Made by a program: the position numbers and the translations under genes. From Iphione sp. A-MEVVRFRX5 (taxonomy: Eukaryota): a stretch of DNA of 64,000 bases. The stretch is from contig OZ320323.1 of assembly GCA_976226885.1 (NCBI GenBank), positions 31,868,001 to 31,932,000 on the forward strand. The letters run 5' to 3'. This document shows positions 52,887 through 61,800 of the stretch, piece by piece (position 1 is the first letter of the stretch; every line of letters starts with the position of its first letter). Below the pieces are notes generated by a model. The model had not been told where the DNA came from, made no database searches, and worked only from the letters and a program-made list of their open reading frames with translations.

Positions 52887-55800
52887 AACACACACATACG
52901 GCTACAGCTCTACACTCTGTCCGTTTGGGTCTTCTCGTATAGCGAAGGGTGCGTGTTCGTGTATCTACTATGTATGTGAGCGAGTGTTTCTATGCCTGCC
53001 TGTATGTGATCGCGCAGACGTTCAGAAAATGTCAGTCGGTTCCATGTCTGTGTCTGGCGGTATGTGGAGTCGTTTCCTGCCCTTTGCACGGGGGGGATGG
53101 GGCGCTGAGATGGCGGCCAGAGACTGATAACAATCAAGACTCCCTTGAGCAGCCAGGCGCAATGAGATACCAGCAAGCAAGCAGAAGCGATGTCCCAGAA
53201 ATGCTCCTTATTACCTCGGTGGAACATTGGCTGCTTTAATTGTCCCCATTTATCCTTCTGTCCACCTTCGCTGCAGGGCGTATTCCCTCCAAAGTATTAC
53301 CACATGACATTACATGTGTAATACATACATACCCTTCATGCAAAGAATCCATAATTTCTTACCTTACCTTCAATCATGAGGCTGACTGCACTGTGTGACA
53401 TTATTATGTAGCCGATTCCAATTTATCCACTTGAACTGTGAATGTAGTGTGAATGTCATTGCGCGTAAACACCCGTGTATTCAGGGCATAAAAAAAGCAC
53501 ACGCAGTAATAGTTGGAAAATCGTAACATCGTTTAATTATAGCAGCCTTTATGAACAATTACATTAAAGTCATGAGATTTCAAACTACAGCCCATCAGGA
53601 GACCAAGGCATATTTCATCAGTAAACGGCAATGAATATATATGCACATCAAGTGATATCAGCCTCTCGGTTCTGGATCATTCGACCCAGATCATGATCGT
53701 ATGGAGGACTCCTCCAGACGCGTTATCGCCACAACACTGCCACTTCCTTTAGCCCTGAACCAGTGCTGACCTGTCTGTATGAAATGGTTTCTGTCTGCAG
53801 GTCCCTGCGTGGCTGGCGTGGTGGGCCTCACCATGCCTCGGTACTGTCTGTTTGGAGACACGGTCAACACTGCTTCGAGAATGGAGTCGAACGGAGAACG
53901 TAAGCCGTATCCAGATAGGATGTAGACAGCTCAAAATTAAGACCGAATTTCTATTTGTCCCGTTGGTGGTTTTAATTATTTCTGAGTTGCTACTACATAT
54001 TATTATGCCACAGGGATATCAGAGAGTTAAATACATAGTTTGAAATATCCAAATGCTGTGGTCAGGAACGGTCTAAGACAGGTCATAAATGATATCCTAC
54101 GGATAAATCCTTAACCCTTTGAATAGCATTAGTTTGTCGGTATATCAACAGAAACGTGAATAATTGTCTGGTGTGACTACTTAACACGAACGAAATTGGT
54201 GATTGAATTATAATCTTTCAAATCTCTTTCCTGCGGTTCGGCTTATGTTTTTCAACCTGTGGCATCCAAAGGCCCGTAATTTATAATGATCTGTTTGCCT
54301 CAGATTCCTAGCAGCATTCTTATGAGGTTTCATCGCTCACTTCTATGACAGCACTGTGAGATGTTTGGATAACCACGATAATGTGTTGATACCAAGTATA
54401 AATGTTAAACTACAAGTACCGTCCGTAAGCTGGAGTTAATTGTCCTGGTTGCATAAATCTAAGCTTCATTGATCGTCACAGCATTAGGTAAAGACTCGGG
54501 GGTGAATAATATATGTCAAATCGTGTATATCGTGAGTCACGTGTCACAGATATATTGCCCTTACTTTTGCAGCACTTCGCACACACGTCAGTCCAGAGTG
54601 CAGAGACGTACTACTGAAACTCGGGGGATACTATTTAGAGCCCAGGGGCAATGTCAATATGAAGGTCAGTACAACGATTCGAATTCTGATGCGGATTTCT
54701 TTTGTCCTTAGTTGAATATTGTACCAGATCTTGTTAGATCAAGACTAGGTGGTGGAAGGTATGGGCTAGCCTCCAAATCTTGCATATCAAAGAGGATTTA
54801 CCGTAAAGTTCCATTAATACCACCCGAGAAAACCCGTCATGTAAGGAGTCTTGAGGGGTGTACAGTGCGTACCGTTGAAGAACGTATTTATACATTGCTT
54901 GAAGGTGAAAAGGTGAAACCACTAAATCTGTTGCGGTCTTTCTACTCTTCTCCATCGTTCTTCCTCCCCCCTTCTCTCTCTGTCTCTTTTCTCCGCTCTC
55001 TCTCTCCCTCTCTCCCTCTCTTTGCTCTCTTTCTCTCTTATTTATCTCCCTGTCTCTCTTCTTATTTGTTAATATATTTCGGAATACTACATGTCTACGA
55101 TCGAATATTTATTCCCTCTTCAGGTGTACACCCAACCAAGTATTTGAAACATTTCGATTAGTTAGCCATTGTCAAAGATTCATTTTGTCATGTCTCCTTT
55201 GAATCTTTGTAGTCCAAACCACTGCCTCTTTGTATTCCAAAACCACTCCCTCTTCCCTTTTTTTTTTTTTTTTAAATCTTTATTTACTCTGGATTAAAAA
55301 TACATTACATGTATGAACATCCAGGTTCTGGCAGAAACTCTATATTGAAAATGTGATGTCATGTTATGAACAGAAGCGTATTTTCAAAACGCAAATAAAC
55401 ACCATGTCAATAACAATGAATATCGAAGGTAATGAAAGGCTTGTACCAACTAACCATACAAATACATTTTGATAATTTCACATAGCGTGAACCATTGTAC
55501 GCTGCAACCTCACTTCCTGCAGACAAATAGTATGATCACATATACTCAGGAAATGTGATACAAATAAAATACAACTAATTTACATACAGGACCGGAGTTT
55601 TACCCCAAGTCCTGTCGAAAATTACACATCCATTGACTTATTATAGGCCGGGGCTTTACCCCAGACCTATGAACACACGCAGAAACGCATGCTCTGGGCC
55701 GCGATCATAACCAGGTCTTGCCAAGAAGATCAGCGTCCTTGAGTTATCTATAGGTCGGGGTTGTACCCCAGGCCTATTAACCCTCATAGGACCGGGGCTT

Positions 55801-58800
55801 TACCCCACGTCCCTTTTAGAATTCAAGATACTTTATATGACAAAACATACTCTCTCCCTATCCCTTTTATATGATTAATGTATTGCTTCACTGGTAACAA
55901 TTTAATGGGTATGGGTAGCCTTTGCCATAATTGTGCAGCTACATAACCTATCGAGCGCCTAAACCTCTCCCTCTTTGGTTGGGCAATCACAATTTGTTTA
56001 GTAGTGCTCCTCCTAGTATGTCTAACAACTGGTTGCGGCTTGGCCATGCTATATCCTATCTTTAATAGGTTCCTGTCCCTAATGTTCAAATAATCTGCCG
56101 TCACTTGCTGTTTTGTATATTTTTTGAAACCAAATGCTAAATTTATTACACATTTTCGTACCGACATTAACCGTGAAAAGCCTCTTGATCTGGTATTTGT
56201 GTGTATAATAGATGCATATTCTATTATTGGAAGAATCATTGATCTTGCAACATATATGGCTCTTTCCTGGTTTAGTAGGAACCTTATTTTTCTGAAATAG
56301 TACATTTTGGGCATAACCTTCTTTATAATGAAATTACACGCCGGTGACATTGTCAATCCAGCATCTAAAACAACGCCCAGATATTCTACTTGATCCACTA
56401 CATCGATTCTCCCCGGGCCGAATTTTATACTATCCCCCAGGGGTTGAGCCCTCTCCCGATACGAAAAGTAAACTGCTTTCGTTTTCCTGGTATTAACCAT
56501 GATCCGTGAGCGACGGGCCCAAATCTCAAATATTTGACCAAGCCTCAGAAGTTTTACTCTTAGACTGTCAACATCAGCACTTTCTACCACTACCGCGACG
56601 TCGTCTGCATACATATAGCAGCCATAATGTTGTAATGCTACAGGGAGATCATTAATAAAAATTAAGAACAGGAGAGGGCCCAATATAGATCCCTGGGGGA
56701 CCCCACAAGTGATGTTGCCTACCTCCGAATTTTGGTTATTACAGGCAACGTATTGTCTTCTATTGGTCAAATATTCACGTAACCATTCCAAATTTTTCCC
56801 CACAATACCAATTTTGAATAATTTGTATAGGAGCACCGAGTGGTCCACCGAGTCAAAAGCCTTTTTAAAATCAACAAAAACTCCCATTACCTTATTACCT
56901 TGGTTTAAACCATGATGTATATCATCAGTCAAAGCCTGTATCGCTGACTCGGTGGAGCACCCGGGCCTAAAACCGTACTGTTTGTCACTCAACAAGTCGT
57001 TATTGATCATATACTGATAAATTGCAATATGTACCACTTTCTCAATTACTTTTGATACGACACTTAAGATACTTATTGGCCTATAATTGCCAACATCAAA
57101 TCTACTGCCTCCTTTCCAGAGTGGGATTACCTTTGCAAGCTTCCACTCTTGTGGATATTCACATGTTTCAAAACTTCTATTAATTAACTCAACAAAGGGC
57201 ATCGGAGATTCAGTGATTATCCTTTTAATATACTTTACCTCTATGTCACCAATACTTGACGGCTTGCAGTTCTTCAAAGTTCTCACTATTAATTTCAACT
57301 GGGCTTCATTAGTACTAAAATTAAGGTCCATCCTACATCTAACTTGCCTAAGACCTATTGACTCTACTGGCTCAGCATCGATATTCTGTAGTATTGTCTT
57401 GCCTATGCCTAAGAAAAATTGATTAATTTCATCTGGCACCTTATACTTGGGTACCACATGACCATTTTTCTTTAGCTGTATTTCACTATCTTTTGCTCTC
57501 TTCAGTCCTAGACCAGTCTTCAAAGTATGCCAGTACTTCCCACTATTCCCACTCTGCTCATCTAGTTTCTTCATAATGTAATTACGCTTTGCATGTCTAA
57601 TTGCTTTGTTCACTGACCTACGTTTCATCCTATACTCCAGCCACTCTTCCAATCCCCCGTTACTTCGTGCTTCCCTATAGAGACGATTTCTGGCTCTAAT
57701 CTCAGATAACAAACCCTCATCCATCCAATCCTTTTTGACCCCCCTAACCCTAACTTGTCTTTTCGGGTTGTACTTATCATATATGGTCAAAATACAAGCA
57801 TGAATTGCAGTCCATGTCCTATTGACCCCCCATCCTTGGTTTAATAAAGTTAAAATACCCCGCTTTACCTCAGCTATAAAAATTTCGACATCCTTAAATA
57901 CTTTCTTTCGCGCAAAAATTGTTTGTGCTGAAGAAATATCCTTATTAGAATCAATATTGAAAAATACACACCTATGATCAGAAAAAGAGGCATCTTCACA
58001 CCATACCATTTTTATTTTCTCCCTTGCATTAGTAAATAACAAATCGATCATACTCGAGGAACGTGCCGTCACCCGAGTCTTGTCACCAACAAGTTGCTGT
58101 GATCCAGTTTTTAATATAAAGTTATCCAATTTATGATGATCTACACTAGCTCTACAAAAATCCACATTTAAATCACCCACTAGTACAAACTTTTTAATGG
58201 AGACTTTATTCTGCATGATAAGTGAGCGTATCCTAGACAGTGCAAGGTCCAAGTTACCAGACGGTGGTCTGTAACATCCAATGCAACTAATGCTCATTGT
58301 CGACAGTTTTAATTCAAGGACGATATGCTCACTGTCATGATCAGCAATCATTTTATCCTCAGCAACACATACTAATGGTGATAGTGAATCGTTAATTATA
58401 ACCAACATCCCCCCACCCCTTTTCTTAACACTCTTGTCACGATCGACTCGCACAATTTTATAACCTGGTATGTTTAGAGCGGATTCAGGTACATACGATT
58501 CTAACCATGTTTCTGATACAAAACAAATATCCACAAAATGTATATTTATATACCTACAAAAGTCATCCCAGTTTTTTAAAATGCTGCGTACGTTAAGGTA
58601 AGCTATCAACAACATTGATAGAAAGAGAAAACATTATCCTTGCCTTTATTGATGAAAAGGAATGAGTCGACAAAATAAATTAGTAATGTAGTTAAAGAAC
58701 GACAAAGAAACATCATTTATAGTAAGTGTTGAGATAATATATAACAATCTGTCATGGCAGTGGTCTGTGCCCAACTTCAGTCACCAAATGTCGATGCACC

Positions 58801-61800
58801 ATACTCAAACTAACCTTAGCAAGTAATGATACATTAATCTCGACATTTTATGGCTATAGTATCTCAGCAAGTGAACACCATCAAACAGTCTACTGTATTT
58901 GTGGCGATATCTCTTATTTTCACGCTTATGTACAATCGCATATGTCGGAACTGTATAAAAACCATGGTAGCTATTTTCACAACGGATCAACCAGTTCAAG
59001 TACAGTACCGACTCATTTATTATACGTTGGAAAATAATTTCACTGCTTTTCCTCACCACGAAACCAAATCTGTGTTTGTTATAGTCCCTGTAAGACATAC
59101 CAAAAACGGACGAGAAAATTAGTTGTGTTCCCAATATTCTCAGTTCAGCTCTGGCTTGTCGTACATCATCCTCAAATAACTCGCGCAGCGCCAGCTTACT
59201 GTCCATCAAAGTCAAACATCGGGTGCATACCATACCTGTGGGCCGGCCTGGCTCAAGTGCTCCAAACTTATATAACTTTGTTATATCAGCAATTCCAGCT
59301 AGGATAATCAAGTATCGGATCCTGTACGTAGAGCAAAGATTTACTCCTACCTTTAACGCTGAGCCTATTCCAGCCCCAGGCAACACCACTACACCAGCTC
59401 TTGTATACGACAACGTTGAGAAATCTCTCACGAGATCCTTTCCGTGGCTGTCTGTAATGATCAGGACCTCCGGGGCAACACCACAACTGTTTGGCATGGA
59501 CTCACGCAACTGTTGCCACATTTCGCGAAAGTAATGCTCACTTCAACCTGCGACCACAAAATTCAATAAGTTTAAACATATGAAATATAATCGACAATTA
59601 ACAACTATAGTTACTCAGGCAATAATTAGTCAATTGTTTTACATGATCTCATTACGAATTGAGGTTAACAGCCTACCATATTGGTTTTGACCTTTGTATG
59701 CATACTTTTCACGCTTTGAAGCAGTAGGTGAAACCCCCGATCCCCAATAGCCATCTGTTGTCAGTATCACAATTTTGTGCTCTCCAGTATCCAATAGATC
59801 ATCACGCGCCCGTTTATCCTGTTGAAATTTCTCCCTCAATATTGTACGAAGTACAGTGAGTTTTACAGTATCCCAATGAGCAGAGATCGGTATTTTACCA
59901 CTCAACTTATCAATTTTTTCTAAACTCACCGCCTTCTTAATGTTAGCACCTAGTCGCTCTTGTTTAGTCTGCATTGCTGCCTCGTAATGATAAACATGTG
60001 AGGCAGATCTGAAATACGATCCGTGCCACATTAAACGCTCATCATGATCAAAAGCTAACCGTGAACCCTTTAATTCAACAAAGCATAGTTTCTCCTTACC
60101 CGGTGGGGTACCAGCTGAAGAGTTAGGGGAACCTTGCTCACTTGCAGAGTCACTAATCTGTATAGACTCAACGCTCTCAGACACCTTTTCAGACACTTTC
60201 AAGTCACAGTCAGATGCCTTTAGCGTTACAGCGGGGTCAGTCGCAATTGTTGTCTCAGTTACTGTTGATTGTGTGGACTCAACATCAACTACATGGTCTG
60301 AGTTCTTTGCAGGAGTTTTTTGTGGAACATTCTGCAACGCCTCTACAGGGGGGGCTGGCGACGATATGCCAGTTACCATTCTAGCAAACATGCCACCGTC
60401 ACCATGCCTCTCCACTCCCACACCTATGTCAGTCTCTGTTTCGGATTGGTTCGTGTCCATGGACTGATCAACAGGGTCAATTTTGCCCTCGGTAGGGTTA
60501 GAGGTGATTACGTCAGTTCTCTCATTTACCAGGCTTGGACCCGGAACACTCAGCCTTGTGTCCACATCTTGTTGACTTGTCGAGGCGCCTGTCAGACGTC
60601 CAACTACCTGATCGTTACGGCTTGTTGCCTTTTGCATACGTCTCTGTCTAGCTTGCTCTCGCTGTAACGGTGTCCAGTCACTGTTAATCCATATACTCTG
60701 TCCTCGCAACCGTCTTTTAGCACTCATTACTGCCTCTTTTGTACTGCAAGACATAAACCTTACAAAAATCCCTCTCACTCCTGCTGGATTTCGCCTGTTA
60801 GTTCTATATGCATAGTCAATTTCATCCCGGACCACGTTAACCTTAATTGACTTACACAATTCTTGAACAGATCGAACTACATTTTCACCTATACGTTCAG
60901 CTACACCTTCAATGTAGATATTGTTTTTCCTTAGTAACCTATCCATCATTTCACACTTTTTCTGGAGAGTAGCTGTAGAACTACCCGAAAGACCAACTAT
61001 CTGCCCCTGTAAAGTCGAGTTAGCTGTCTCCAAGTCAGAAACCCGTTTACCAATAGCCGTGATGTCATCCCTCAGCTCAGCTACATCAGCCGTATTTTGT
61101 TTTACAAGATCTGATAACTCACTTATATTATTGTCACAAATTTTCAAGATCGTATCAATCTTACCATGTAATTCCTGGTCTCTCGCCTTCATTTTATCCT
61201 CACTTATACTGAGCTCACCCCAGATCCTATTTAACGCACGAGCAATACCATCCATTGTCGCTGGAACTGGGTTCTCCCATATCAAATGACTGTGAGTTAC
61301 CAACGTTTTTGCATCACGCTCCAGGGGACTCATATCTTTCCTCTTTTCACCTTGCTGTCCCCCAGGCAATACAGAATGACTTGTGTCACCCACACGACTG
61401 TCCGCTGAACCAGCGTTGGTCGCCATTACACTTACACGTATGCCAGAAATATATCACGTATCAACACAGTGACAAAGTTATTTATAGCAATCACCACCTT
61501 GCGTAGCCGGCACACCTGAATTGACGTTTCGCCGTAACTCCCCTGCTTCTCACTAGATACCTATTCACTCAAACAAGCCTTAACACTAGCCACTGACACA
61601 TAATATCAAAGTTTGACAGTCGTACTATATCTATCAATATATTTCAGTGAAAAATAAAAAATTACTAACCCAGTATGCCTATGTTTCTTCAACGAAAACA
61701 CAGAAGCCTTCAGGGAGTACGCCCTACAGCCGATATGTTGCGCACACATGTGCTAAAACGTAAACATTAAGACAGCTACAACAGCGAGTCGGCGAAACGT

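Noticed and set aside
54712-55161. 149-aa + strand ORF and similar short intronic or antisense ORFs in the track (e.g. 14273..14671, 57087..57422, 60921..61289)
   Set aside because: Low-complexity sequence or shadows of real ORFs on the opposite strand; no independent coding signal.
55220-55257. Imperfect 17-bp direct repeat beside the LINE tail as a TSD
   Set aside because: Both copies are on the same side of the element and no matching copy exists at the 5' end.
55586-55813. CRISPR array or self-cleaving ribozyme reading of the four hairpins
   Set aside because: Eukaryotic LINE UTR, irregular spacers (27, 79 and 10 nt), no cas genes, and no hammerhead or HDV core identifiable.
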